Shown here piece after piece: positions 29,330 to 42,069 of a DNA stretch of 64,000 nt. The notes under the pieces were generated by a model. It saw only the letters and a list, made by a program, of their open reading frames with translations, ran no database searches and was not told the DNA's origin. Each line of letters opens with the position of its first letter. The first letter of the stretch is position 1. Both the position numbers and the translations under genes were made by a program. Where the stretch lies: positions 62,001 through 126,000 of the forward strand of contig NIVC01001487.1 of NCBI GenBank assembly GCA_002269645.1. Direction: 5' to 3'. This DNA is from Macrostomum lignano. Taxonomy: Eukaryota.

Positions 29330-31690
29330 GGGTGAGATTTTGAAATTAGTCAGGATTGAGGGGTGAGATTTTGAAATTAGTCTGTTGTGAGGGGTGAGAT
29401 TTTGGAGTTAGTCAGTTGTGAGGGATGAGATTTTGGAGTTCGTCAGTTTTGAGGTTTTGGAACTAGTCAGTTGTGAGGTGTGAGATTTTTGAATTAATCG
29501 GTTGTGAGGGATGAGATTTTGAAATTATCGGTTGTGAGGGGTGAGATTTTGGAATTATCGGTTGTGAGGGGTGAGATTTTGGAATTATCGGTTGTGAGGG
29601 GTGAGAGTTTGGAATTATCGGTTGTGAGGGGTGAGATTTTGGAATTATCGGTTGTGAGGGGTGAGATTTTGAAATTATCGGTTGTGAGGGGTGAGAGTTT
29701 GGAATTATCGGTTGTGAGGGGTGAGATTTTGAAATTATCGGTTGTGAGGGGTGAGATTTTGGAATTATCGGTTGTGAGGGGTGAGATTTTGGAATTATCG
29801 GTTGTGAGGGGTGAGAGTTTGGAATTATCGGTTGTGAGGGGTGAGATTTTGGAATTATCGGTTGTGAGGGGTGAGATTTTGAAATTATCGGTTGTGAGGG
29901 GTGAGAGTTTGGAATTATCGGTTGTGAGGGGTGAGATTTTGGAATTATCGGTTGTGAGGGGTGAGATTTTGGAATTATCGGTTGTGAGGAGTGAGATTTT
30001 GGAATTAGTCAGTTGTGAGGGGTGAGAGTTTGGAATTAATCGGTTGTGAGGGGTGAGATTTTGGAATTAGTCAGTTGTGAGGGGTGAGAGTTTGGAATTA
30101 ATCGGTTGTGAGGGGTGAGATTTTGGAATTAGTCAGTTGTGAGGGGTGAGATTTTGGAATTAGTCAGTTGTGAGGGGTGAGATTTTGGAATTAGTCAGTT
30201 GTGAGGGGTGATATTTTGGAATTATCGGTTGTGAGGGGTGAGATTTTGGAATTAATCGGTTGTGAGGAATGAGATTTTGGAATTAGTCAGTTGTGAGGGG
30301 TGAGATTTTGGAATTAATTGGTTGTGAGGGGTGAGATTTTTTAATTAATCGGTTGTGAGGGGTGAGAGTTTGGAATTATCGGTTGTGAGGGGTGAGATTT
30401 TGGAATTATCGGTTGTGAGGGGTGAGATTTTGGAATTAGTCAGTTGTGAGGGGTGAGAGTTTGGAATTAATCGGTTGTGAGGGGTGAGATTTTGGAATTA
30501 GTCAGTTGTGAGGGGTGAGATTTTTGAATTAATCGGTTGTGAGGGGTGAGATTTTTTAATTAATCAGTTGTGAGGGGTGAGATTTTTGAATTAATCGGTT
30601 GTGAGGGGTGAGATTTTGGAATTAGTCAGTTGTGAGGGGTGAGATTTTTGAATTAATCGGTTGTGAGGGGTGAGATTTTTTCATTAATCAGTTGTGAGGG
30701 GTGAGATTTTTGAATTAATCGGTTGTGAGGGGTGAGATTTTTTAATTAATCGGTTGTGAGGGGTGAGATTTTGGAATTAATTGGTTGTGAGGGGTGAGAT
30801 TTTTTAATTAATCGGTTGTGAGGGGTGAGAGTTTGGAATTATCGGTTGTGAGAGGTGAGATTTTGGAATTATCGGTTGTGAGGGGTGAGATTTTGGAATT
30901 AGTCAGTTGTGAGGGGTGAGAGTTTGGAATTAATCGGTTGTGAGGGGTGAAATTTTGGAATTAGTCAGTTGTGAGGGGTGAGAGTTTGGAATTAATCGGT
31001 TGTGAGGGGTGAGATTTTGGAATTAGTCAGTTGTGAGGGGTGAGATTTTGGAATTAGTCAGTTGTGAGGGGTGAGATTTTGGAATTATCGGTTGTGAGGA
31101 GTGAGATTTTTTAATTAATCGGTTGTGAGGGGTGAGAGTTTGGAATTAATCGGTTGTGAGGGGTGAGATTTTTTAATTAATCGGTTGTGAGGGGTGAGAT
31201 TTTGGAATTAATCGGTTGTGAGAGATGAGATTTTGGAATTAATCGGTTGTGAGGGATGAGATTTTGGAATTAGTCAGTTGTGAGGGGTGAGATTTTGGAA
31301 TTATCGGTTGTGAGGGGTGAGATTTTGGAATTAATCGGTTGTGAGGGATGAGATTTTGGAATTAGTCAGTTGTGAGGGGTGAGATTTTGGAATTAATCGG
31401 TTGTGAGGGATGAGATTTTGGAATTAATCCGTTGTGAGGGATGAGATTTTGGAATTAGTCAGTTGTGAGGGGTGAGATTTTGCAATTATCGGTTGTGAGG
31501 GGTGAGATTTTTTAATTAATCGGTTGTGAGGGGTGAGATTTTGGAATTAATCGGTTGTGAGGGGTGAGATTTTTTAATTATTCGGTTGTGAGGGATGAGA
31601 TTTTGGAATTAATCGGTTGTGAGGGATGAGATTTTGGAATTAATCGGTTGTGAGGAGTGAGAGTTTGGAATTAATCGGTTGTGAGGGGTG
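29330..31690. repeat. 30/31-bp minisatellite (intergenic, ~2.4 kb)
   Basis: Unit GAGATTTTGGAATTATCGGTTGTGAGGGGT. Confidence 0.97.
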
Positions 31691-31910
31691 TGATATTGAG
31701 CTGTTTACATAGAAATGAAAAGTCGAATCGTTTTAAAAGATCTATTTTGTGCAGAAGAATTTTGTAAAATATTCCTTTGTATTCTCATATGTGATTTATT
31801 TTAGGATAAATATTTTATCGAATAACATCAGAGCAGTTCTTTGCTCTATAGCCGTGATGGCCTTGTGGGAATCGCGGTTATGATACTCGGCTTGATTTCT
31901 GAGCTGCTCA

Positions 31911-34900
31911 TCACTGGGTGCTTGGAGCCGCCGGTGACGGAGCCACTTTGCCCAATTTGCCTGACTTTGGAGATCTCAGAATTATGGCAGCTCCCAGCAC
32001 CAGCAACAGCTGAAAATGGCAGGCGAAAACTCGATCATTTTGTTCGAAATTTGATCCTTGGGTAGAGGGTCAGAGGCTGTGTACATTGGGGTAGAGGGTC
32101 AGAGGCTCTCTACATTGGGGTAAGAGGGTTAGAGGCTGTGTACATTGGGGTAGAGGGTCAGAGGCTGTGTAAATTGGGGTAAGAGGGTTAGAGGCTGTGT
32201 AAATTGGGGTAAGAGGGTTAGAGGCTGTGTACATTGGGGTAAGAGGGTTAGAGGCTGTGTACATTGGGGTAGAGGGTCAGAGGCTGTGTAAATTGGGGTA
32301 AGAGGGTTAGAGGCTGTGTACATTGGGGTAAGAGGGTTAGAGGCTGTGTACATTGGGGTAAGAGGGTTAGAGGCTGTGTAAATTGGGGTAAGAGGGTTAG
32401 AGGCTGTGTACATTGGGGTAAGAGGGTTAGAGGCTGTGTACATTGGGGTAAGAGGGTTAGAGGCTGTGTACATTGGGGTAAGAGGGTTAGAGGCTGTGTA
32501 CATTGGGGTAGAGGGTCAGAGGCTGTGTACAGTGGGATAAAGGGTCAGAGGCTGTACATTGGCGCAGGGGGTCAGACGCAATGTCTATGGATATATGTAC
32601 TCAACTATAATAAAATGATAAAATGTCACCTCCGTGAGCAGAATGCACACAATGCCGATGACAAAAGCCTTGAAGTTCAGCATTGATTCCAGCTTAGTGA
32701 TTAATTTGTCATGGCAACCAGTCTGATACCAGCTGGTCACGGAGTTGGTGTTATTATAACTGCAATAGTTGTCAATCTGCTCCATGCTGGTCAGGTTGAA
32801 CTTGCAGCAGGTGATCGGGTAGGTTATGTCTGCGGGTGATGGAAATTCAGGCAGAATCGAGTGGCAGATTCAAGAGCGACAGATTCAGACGTGGCAGATT
32901 CAGAAGTGGCAGATTCAATGAGTGGCAGATTCAATGAGTGGCAGATTCAATGAGTGGCAGATTCAGGAGCGACAGATTCATATTCATAAGTGGCAGATTC
33001 AGGAGCGACAGATTCATATTCATAAGTGGCAGATTCGGGAGTGGCAGATTCAGGAGTGGCAGATTCAGGAGAGGCAGATTCAATGAGTGGCAGAATCAGG
33101 AGTGGCAGATTCAGGAGTGGCAGATTCATGAGCGACAGATTCATAAGTGGCAGATTCAGGAGTGGCAGATTCGGGAGTGGCAGATTCAGGAGTGGCAGAT
33201 TCAGGAGAGGCAGATTCAATGAGTGGCAGAATCAGGAGTGGCAGATTCAGGAGTGGCAGATTCATGAGCGACAGATTCAGAAGTGGCAGATTCAGGAGAG
33301 GCAGATTCAATGAGTGGCAGAATCAGGAGTGGCAGATTCAGGAGTGGCAGATTCATGAGCGACAGATTCAGAAGTGGCAGATTCAGAAGTGGCAGATACA
33401 GAAGTGGCAGATTCACGAGCGGCAGATTCCGATCTCACTGTAGGTGAAGTTCCCCGAGCTGGTCTTCAGCGTGTACTCTCTGTTCCAGTTGGAACTCAGC
33501 GAGTAGAAGTCGGTCCCGTTGGTGACCCCGCAGCAGCCGACAAAGATCTGCATCAGGTTTATGAGCAGCGACTCCAGATTTGAGCAGTCGATGCCGGTGA
33601 ATTTGGTCAGAGTGTACTCCATTCCGGCCTTTGCCCACTGCCTCACCTGCGGGTGCGTAGGGCGTGAGGCTGTAAATGGTGTCTCTGTGAAGGTGTACAT
33701 GGTGTCTCTGTGAAGGTGTACATGGTGTCTATGAGGGTGTACAGGGTGTCTCTGTGAGGGCGTACATGGTGTCTATGAGGGTGTACAGGGTGACTCTGTG
33801 AGGGTGTACACGGTGTCTCTGTGAGGGTGTACAGGGTGTCTCTGTGAGGGTGTACATGGTGTCTCTGTGAGGGTGTACATGGTGTCTCTGTGAGGGTGTA
33901 CAGGGTGTCTCTGTGAGGGTGTACAGGGTGTCTCTGTGAGGGTGTACATGGTGTCTCTGTGAGGGTGTACAGGGTGTCTCTGTGAGGGTGTACATGGTGT
34001 CTATGAGGGTGTACAGGGTGTCTCTGTGAGGGTGTACATGATGTCTCTGTGAGGGTGTACATGGTGTCTCTGTGAGGGTGTACAGGGTGTCTCTGTGAGG
34101 GTGTACAGGGTGTCTCTGTGAGGGTGTACAGGGTGTCTCTGTGAGGGTGTACAGGGTGTCTCTGAGGGTGCAGAGGGTGTCTCTGAGGTTACTTGGTGTA
34201 AGCGAAAGCTTTGAGGTGGGCATGCTCGTGTTGCAAAATAGTTTAATTATTACGGAAAAAGTCTGAGCAGTTGTTACCTGAGCACCATTTGTAAATGAAT
34301 ACAGCAGAGCCACGTTTTGAACGGTGAATATGAGGACCACCAGGAAAATGTACTGCGAGTGCAAGTGCGTTGGTTCGACACTAAATATAGAATCTAACTA
34401 CTTTAAATCAAGGGATTAACACAGGTCAACAAGGATCAACAGAGGTTAACCGGTATCGATACAGGTCAACAGGGATCAACAGAGGTCAACGGGGATCAAC
34501 AGAGATCAACGGGGATCAAAACAGGTGTCAACGGGGATCAAAACAGGTGTCAACGGGGATCAAAACAGGTGTCAACGGGGATCAACAGAGGTCAACAGGG
34601 ATCAACAGAGGTCAACGGGGGTCACCAGAGGTCAATAGGGATCAGCAGAGGTCAACCGGTATCGATACAGGTCAACAGGGATCAACAGAGATCAACAAGG
34701 ATCAACAAAGATCAACGGGGATCAACAGAGGTCAACGGGGATCAACAGAGATCAACGGGGATCAACAGAGGACAATAGGGATCCACAGAGGTCAACCGGT
34801 ATCGATACAGGTCAACAGGGATCAACAGAGATCAACGGGGATCAACAGAGATCAACGGGGATCAACAGAGGTCAACGGGGATCAACAGAGATCAACGGGG

Positions 34901-36251
34901 ATCAACAGAGGACAATAGGGATCCACAGAGGTCAACCGGTATCGATACAGGCAACAGGGATCAACAGAGGTCAACGGGGATCAACAGAGGTCAACAGGGA
35001 TCAACAGAGGTCAACAGGGATCAACAGAGATCAACAGAGGTCAACAGGGATCAACAGAGGTCAACCGGTATCGATACAGGTCAACAGGGATCAACAGAGG
35101 TCAACGGGGGTCACCAGAGGTCGCCGCAGCCTCACCGCAATCAGCGGCTTCTTTCGCTTCTTCCTGCAGCAGCAGACCGGGCAGCAGCCGAAGCAGGCGG
35201 TCACCATGGCAACCAGACCCAGGGCCAGGCAAGCCGCCCCAGCCGGCATCGTCAAGGACGCCAGGTTGCTAAGGAGTTGCCGGGCGTCAATGTCGGACGA
35301 GCCGAGAGCGGAGTTGAGCTGCTGGCTGAGGCCGTCCGCGACCGACAGAGCTGGCGGGTACAGGGCGACCAGCAGCTGGTAGCCCCACACAAGCAGAACG
35401 CCAAGCAGGAGCAGCAATAGGGAGAGCATCTGGTGCGATGGAATTTGATTTTCCAACTAACGTAAAGTTCACGTTTTCTCCGCTGTTCACATTCACCGAT
35501 TTTGCGATTTCTCGAATTTCACAATTCTCAGATATCACCTCCCCCGAATAGCACATTACCCAAATAGTACATTTCCCCAATGTCCCATTCCCCGAATAGC
35601 ACATTCCCCCAATGCCCCATTCCCCGAATAGCACATTCCCAAAATAGCACATTACCCGAATATCCCATTTCCCAAGTATTAGATGCCCTAAATATCCCAT
35701 TCCCCAAGTATCAGATTCCTTAAATATCCCGTTCCCCAAGTATCAGATTCCCTAAATATCCCATTCCCCAAGTATCAGATTCCCCAAATATCCCATTCCC
35801 TAAATATCCCATTCCCCAAATATCCCATTCCCTAAATATCCTATTCCCTAATATCACATTCCCCAAATATCCCATTCCCTAAATATCCCATTCCCTAATA
35901 TCAAATTCCCTAAATATCTCATTCCCCAATATCAAATTCCCCAAATATCCCATTTCCTAAATATCCCATTCCCTAATATCACATTCCCCAAATATCCCAT
36001 TCCCTAAGTATCCCATTCCCCAAGTATCCCATTCCTCAAGTATCAGATTCCCCAAAATATCCCATTCCTGTAGTAGCACATTCCCTAAATCCCTAAATTC
36101 CCTAAAGATGCTAGAATCCAGCCCCAAGCTGCGCATTCACGATGATTCAAAGCTGTTGATGAAGCTGCTGACTCACCATCGCCAGCACGTTGACGACAAC
36201 CAGAAATACGGTGCAGACATTGTTGCTGCAGATCAGAAGGCTCGATGGCAT
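31911..36251 (-). CDS. Tetraspanin (C), 6 exons, ~316 aa
   Basis: Exons 36251-36177 (MPSSLLICSNNVCTVFLVVVNVLAM), 35429-35136, 34352-34278, 33646-33439, 32829-32630, 32009-31911, with consistent phases. Four TM segments; large loop with GCCG, YPITCC and GC; several NxT sites. Confidence 0.88.
32060..32560. repeat. 29/30-bp minisatellite, tetraspanin C intron 5
   Basis: Unit AGAGGCTGTGTACATTGGGGTAAGAGGGTT. Confidence 0.95.
32860..33430. repeat. 15-bp minisatellite, tetraspanin C intron 4
   Basis: Unit GTGGCAGATTCAGGA. Confidence 0.95.
33680..34185. repeat. 23-bp minisatellite, tetraspanin C intron 3
   Basis: Unit GAGGGTGTACAGGGTGTCTCTGT. Confidence 0.95.
34420..35120. repeat. 10/20-bp minisatellite, tetraspanin C intron 2
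   Basis: Unit GGATCAACAGAGGTCAACGG. Confidence 0.93.
35530..36110. repeat. Degenerate ~17-20-bp repeat, tetraspanin C intron 1
   Basis: Recurring AAATATCCCATTCCCC / AATAGCACATTCCCC. Confidence 0.88.
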
Positions 36252-36484
36252 TACGTGTGCCTTTGATTAACAATTTTTTAAGATGTCAATATATAAAATA
36301 TAAGTTTGATTCTGAAATCCGTGCGAGAGTCTCTGAGATTTGCATGGAGAAGCTGATCCGGGAGCTGATGAATTACCTATAAAGGCATTGTGCTTTAAAT
36401 CATTCATGACGCGCATCCTGAGCATACGGGATCCGATCCCTGAGCCAGTGCGCCATGGCTATGGACAGTCCGAGAGGCCTCAAC

Positions 36485-36498
36485 GTCACCATGGCAAC
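36485..36498. promoter_or_regulatory. RFX X-box-like palindrome upstream of tetraspanin C
   Basis: GTCACCATGGCAAC fits GTNRCC-N2-RGYAAC and lies ~235 bp 5' of the ATG. Confidence 0.4.
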
Positions 36499-36927
36499 TG
36501 CAGCACTGGTCTAACAATCCACTCACGCATTCAAACAAAATTTATTCACCAATCTGTGAAGCTTCTAAAGTTTCCGTGAACTTTTCTGAGCATTTTCATG
36601 GCTATATTATCTAAATAATAGAGAGCCAAAAATAGTTCTTTTTAATCACCATTACGGATACTATACGGTTATATTTATTACACTATACATCTATTTCAGG
36701 CAAGTGAAAAAGCTTTGATACACAACTTTGAAAAAACCTTCAATTTCAACCATCCAATTTCCCACACAAAGCCTTTCGAAAGCATACTATTTCAGCAGAA
36801 CTTTAAACGGCAAAACAAAGAAAAATAACTTTTCGCAACCAAAATGCGATTTTTACTACTGCTATTGATTAAAAAAATAAGTAGCATGCTTAGGACATGT
36901 TATTTTTCTATTCTATAGAAAAGCGTC

Positions 36928-39900
36928 TCAGAAACCGCACGAGTTGCCGACATCTACTGTGGTGTCGTCGCAGGACGGAGTTTCTGCCGGGCTGCCGGGC
37001 AGGTCGCAGCTGGGAGGCTGCGGATGCTGGAAGTAGCGGTGCTGATGAGGCTGCTGCTGCTGATGCTGGTAGGGGTAGTGCGGGTAGCCGACGTGTTGAG
37101 GCGGCAGCAGCCACCACGGAGCGGCGGCGGTGGCGGCGGCGGCGGCGGCAGCGGCCACGCTGGGCCAGGGATACGCGGCCACCGGCTGCTGCTGGCTGGG
37201 CGTCAGGCCGCCGCCCTGCTGGTAACCATGGCAACAGCCGTAGCCGCCAGTCGAGTAATAGCCCGAATGGAAGCCAAACTGAGGCGGTGACTCCGGCGAT
37301 GCCTCCACGGAGGCGGCCGGCGGCTGCGGATGCGGCGACTGCCAGGTCGGCGGCGGCGGCGGCGGCGGTGGCGGATGAGCTGCCGGGAGCTCCGTTGAGG
37401 CCGGCGCTGTCTGCTGAACCGCCTTCTCGACTCGGAACTTCCTGGTGCGCCGGCGCGGCGAGCCCGTGCCGAACATGTCGCCAGCCTGAGGGTGCAGGCG
37501 CCAGTAGTGGCCCTTGCTGCCCGCCGGAGCCTTGCCGGCCTTCTGGAAGCAGTCGTTCAGGCTGAGGTTGTGCCTGACGGAGTTCTGCCAGCGGCGCTGG
37601 CTCGCTGTGTCCCAGAAGTAGGCCCAGCGGCTGCGCATGAAGGCGTAGATCTCGCTGAGGGTCAGCCGGCCTGGGGGAAGATGGCAGGTTGGAGATTGGG
37701 CATTTTTTATTATAGGCGGTCGCTGCGACATGCTACTTGAGTGAAGTAGTGAAGTGTGAACTTATGCGCTTATGTGTAAATTTTCCATTGTTGATTTGCA
37801 TTTTTCCTCAACCACCCTCTCTCTATCTACTATCTCAATCTACCAATCTACCGATCCACCATCTCAACCTACCAATCTACCATCTCAATCTATCAATCTA
37901 CCATATCTATCCATCTACTATCTCTATCTACCCATCTATCTCATTCTACCGATCCACCATCTCAATCTACTGATCTACCATCTAAATTTACTGATGTACC
38001 AACCGATCTATCATTTCAATCTACCCATCTACCATGTCAATCTACCTACACAGGTAATATCATCTACCAGATAGATACCATCTACCATCAAGCTACCACC
38101 CCAATCTACCCATCTACTAACCTATCTACCACATTAATCAACCTACCTATCTAATTTCAATCTACCCATCTACCATCTCAATCTACCCTTCTACCATCCC
38201 CATCTACCAGCCCAATCTACCATCTACCATCTTAATTTACCCATCTACCATTTCTGTCTGCCGGCCAATCTATGAAAAAGAAGTCAAAATGTCAAAAGCG
38301 CCCCCAACTCACCTTCAGGGGAACTCTTGATCGCCATGCTGATGATTGCCACATAGGACAGGTCGGGCCGTTGCAGATGCTCCATCAGAGGCTGCTGCAG
38401 CTGGGCCTGATTCAGCATTTCAGGATACTGTGGCTGCTGCTGCTGCTCCAACATTGCTGCTTCGGCCGACGATGGAGCTACTCCGGCGAAGCTGCGAAAG
38501 AAAGGGGAAGGTTTGAGAATCAGTTTGCTCAAATTTATAATTGCTCAGATTATGAGCAAGATCGAGCTTGAGTAGAGTTTGAGCTCGCTGTTAACCGTAT
38601 ATAAAAGGTGAGAGAGGGCGAGAGGGACTGAGAGAGGGTGAGAGGGACTGAGAGAGGGTGGAAGGAACTGAGAGAGGGTGAGAGGAACTGAGAGAGGGTG
38701 AGAGGGACTGAGAGAGGGTGGAAGGAACTGAGAGAGGGTGAGAGGAACTGAGAAAGGGTGAGAGGGACTGAGAGAGGGTGGAAGGAACTGAGAGAGGGTG
38801 AGAGGAACTGAGAGATGGTGAGAGGAACTGAGAGAGGGTGAGAGGAACTGAGAGATGGTGAGAGGAACTGAGAGAGGGTAAGAGGAACTGAGAGAGGGTG
38901 AGAGGAACTGAGAGAGGGTGAGAGGAACTGAGAGACAGTGAGAGGAACTGAGAGACAGTGAGAGGATCTGAGAGACAGTGAGAGGAACTGAGAGAGGGTG
39001 AGAGGAACTGAGAGAGGGTGAGAGGAACTGAGAGAGACAGTGAGAGGAACTGAGAGACAGTGAGAGGATCTGAGAGAGGGTGAGAGGAACTGAGAGAGGG
39101 TGAGAGGATCTGAGAGAGGGTGAGAGGAACTGAGAGAGGGTGAGGGGAACTGAGAGATGGTGAGAGGAACTGAGAGACAGTGAGAGGAACTGAGAGAGAC
39201 AGTGAGAGGAACTGAGAGACAGTGAGAGGAACTGAGAGACAGTGAGAGGATCTGAGAGAGGGTGAGAGGAACTGAGAGAGGGTGAGAGGAACTGAGAGAG
39301 GGTGAGAGGAACTGAGAGAGGGTGAGAGGAACTGAGAGAGGGTGAGAGGAACTGAGAGAGGGTGAGAGGAAATGAGAGAGGGTGAGAGGATCTGAGAGAG
39401 GGTGAGAGGATCTGAGAGAGAGTGAGAGGGACTGAGAGAGGGTGAGAGGATCTGAGAGAGGGTGAGAGGATCTGAGAGAGGGTGAGAGGGACTGAGAGAG
39501 GGTGAGAGGATCTGAGAGAGGGTGAGAGGGACTGACAGAGGGTGAGAGGATCTGAGAGAGGGTGAGAGGGACTGACAGAGGGTGAGAGGAACTGAGAGAG
39601 GGTGAGAGGATCTGAGAGAGGGTGAGAGGAACTGAGAGAGGGTGAGAGGAACTGAGAGAGGGTGAGAGGAACTGAGAGAGGGTGAGAGGAACTGAGAGAG
39701 GGTGAGAGGAACTGAGAGAGGGTGAGAGGAACTGAGAGAGGGTGAGAGGAACTGAGAGAGGGTGAGAGGAACTGAGAGAGGGTGAGAGGATCTGAGAGAG
39801 GGTGAGAGGATCTGAGAGAGGGTGAGAGGATCTGAGAGAGGGTGAGAGGATCTGAGAGAGGGTGAGAGGGACTGACAGAGGGTGAGAGGATCTGAGAGAG

Positions 39901-41363
39901 GGTGAGAGGGACTGACAGAGGGTGAGAGGATCTGAGAGAGGGTGAGAGGAACTGAGAGAGGGTGAGGGGAACTGAGAGATGGTGAGAGGAACTGAGAGAC
40001 AGTGAGAGGAACTGAGAGAGACAGTGAGAGGAACTGAGAGACAGTGAGAGGAACTGAGAGACAGTGAGAGGATCTGAGAGAGGGTGAGAGGAACTGAGAG
40101 AGGGTGAGAGGAACTGAGAGAGGGTGAGAGGAACTGAGAGACAGTGAGAGGAACTGAGAGAGACAGTGAGAGGAACTGAGAGTGGGTGAGAGGAACTGAG
40201 AGACAGTGAGAGGAACTGAGAGAGGGTGAGAGGAACTGAGAGAGGGTGAGAGGAACTGAGAGACAGTGAGAGGATCTGAGAGACAGTGAGAGGATCTGAG
40301 AGAGAGTGAGAGGATCTGAGAGAGGGTGAGAGGAACTGAGAGAGGGTGAGAGGAACTGAGAGAGGGTGAGAGGAACTGAGAGACAGTGAGAGGAACTGAG
40401 AGAGACAGTGAGAGGAACTGAGAGTGGGTGAGAGGAACTGAGAGACAGTGAGAGGAACTGAGAGAGGGTGAGAGGAACTGAGAGAGGGTGAGAGGAACTG
40501 AGAGAGGGTGAGAGGAACTGAGAGACAGTGAGAGGAACTGAGAGAGACAGTGAGAGGAACTGAGAGTGGGTGAGAGGAACTGAGAGACAGTGAGAGGAAC
40601 TGAGAGAGGGTGAGAGGAACTGAGAGAGGGTGAGAGGAACTGAGAGAGGGTGAGAGGATCTGAGAGAGGGTGAGAGGATCTGAGAGAGGGTGAGAGGGAC
40701 TGAGAGAGGGTGAGAGGATCTGAGAGAGGGTGAGAGGGACTGACAGAGGGTGAGAGGATCTGAGAGAGGGTGAGAGGGACTGACAGAGGGTGAGAGGATC
40801 TGAGAGAGGGTGAGAGGGACTGACAGAGGGTGAGAGGAACTGAGAGAGGGTGAGAGGATCTGAGAGAGGGTGAGAGGGACTGACAGAGGGTGAGAGGAAC
40901 TGAGAGAGGGTGAGAGGAACTGAGAGAGGGTGAGAGGATCTGAGAGAGAGTGAGAGGATCTGAGAGAGAGTGAGAGGATCTGAGAGAGGGTGAGAGGATC
41001 TGAGAGAGGGTGAGAGGAACTGAGAGAGGGTGAGAGGAACTGAGAGAGGGTGAGAGGATCTGAGAGAGAGTGAGAGGAACTGAGAGAGGGTGAGAGGAAC
41101 TGAGAGAGGGTGAGAGAGGGTGAGAGGATCTGAGAGAGAGTGAGAGGAACTGAGAGAGGGTGAGAGGAACTGAGAGAGGGTGAGAGGAACTGAGAGAGGG
41201 TGAGAGGAACTGAGGAGAGAAGGCACATATAGACCGGGGGCACATTTAAGAATTATTTCGAGACCAGCATGTCATTGAAAAAGTACATGCCTGCAAATAA
41301 TATTTAAATAAAATCTGTCACAGAGCAGGCAACTCACTTGTGATAGAAGGCTCCGTTGTCCAT
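36928..41363 (-). CDS. Forkhead-box transcription factor (divergent; FoxB/FoxA-like features), 3 exons, 315 aa
   Basis: Exons 41363-41338 (MDNGAFYH, phase 2), 38491-38313 (phase 1), 37670-36928. Domain RPDLSYVAIISMAIKSSPEGRLTLSEIY...RWQNSVRHNLSLNDCF...KGHYWRLHPQAGDMF, followed by a Pro/Ala/Gln-rich tail. Confidence 0.9.
37820..38260. repeat. Degenerate CTAC/CATCT-rich repeat, fox intron 2
   Basis: Recurring TCTACCATCTCAATCTACC. Confidence 0.85.
38610..41215. repeat. 20-bp GA-rich minisatellite filling fox intron 1 (~2.6 kb)
   Basis: Unit TGAGAGAGGGTGAGAGGAAC with GGATC/GGGAC variants. Confidence 0.97.
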
Positions 41364-41478
41364 TCGGTGAGTGAGCTGAGTGCGAGATCCTCAGTAGCTG
41401 GAGTAAATCAATGAATACAAAAATTTGCGCGCAGCTCAGTAAAAAATCCTTGGCAAGCATGCGCTGCTGCCCGTCGAG

Positions 41479-41546
41479 TTTTATAAGACCGGAGGCACCA
41501 GCGTTTGCTCAGCAGCCAATGGGGGCAGTTGGGGCGAGGCGATTGG
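41479..41546 (-). promoter_or_regulatory. Putative core promoter of the fox gene (TATA + CCAAT)
   Basis: TATAAAA on the minus strand at 41485-41479, ~115 bp upstream of the ATG. CCAAT motifs at 41546-41542 (-) and 41516-41520 (+) in GC-rich context. Confidence 0.5.
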
Positions 41547-42069
41547 CTGAGGGAGGGCTGCCGGGGGCTGCTCCATGCCTCGGTCGCAGGGGGGGGGGGG
41601 GCGGCGCTAAGTCCCGGGGGCGATTGCTCGAGCTCGGCTTTGAGTCCGAGTTTAATTCCGTAACAATAGAAGCTCGAGGCAGGGGCGATTTGCAGCAGAA
41701 TTAAGTGAACAATCGGGCCGAGAGAGAGAGGGTTTGGGTAGTCATATCCAGGGGGATCTCTGCGAGGGAATGGCTGGGATGACGTAATCCAGTGGCAAAA
41801 TGTGCGAATACTGTTGGCTTTGAGACTGCCAGTGAGTCAGGACCGACTTGGAGAGAACGCGCGGGATTGGGAAAGTCACTGCGAACTCCTGAAGGTGCCA
41901 ATCGCCTCTCTGCAACTCGGATCGTGCTGCTTCGGAAAGACTGAACACATTGGATGAGATGGAATGAGCTGGGTTGACGATTTTAGATTGTTGTTTTGGA
42001 TGCGAATTGGATGTTTGGAGATTCTAATAGCTCCTAAGTTTGGTTAAAAATGTAATTTGATTCTGTAAG

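Noticed and set aside
38545-41245. Three ~890-aa minus-strand ORFs
   Set aside because: Read-through of the 20-bp array inside fox intron 1, open in all three frames.
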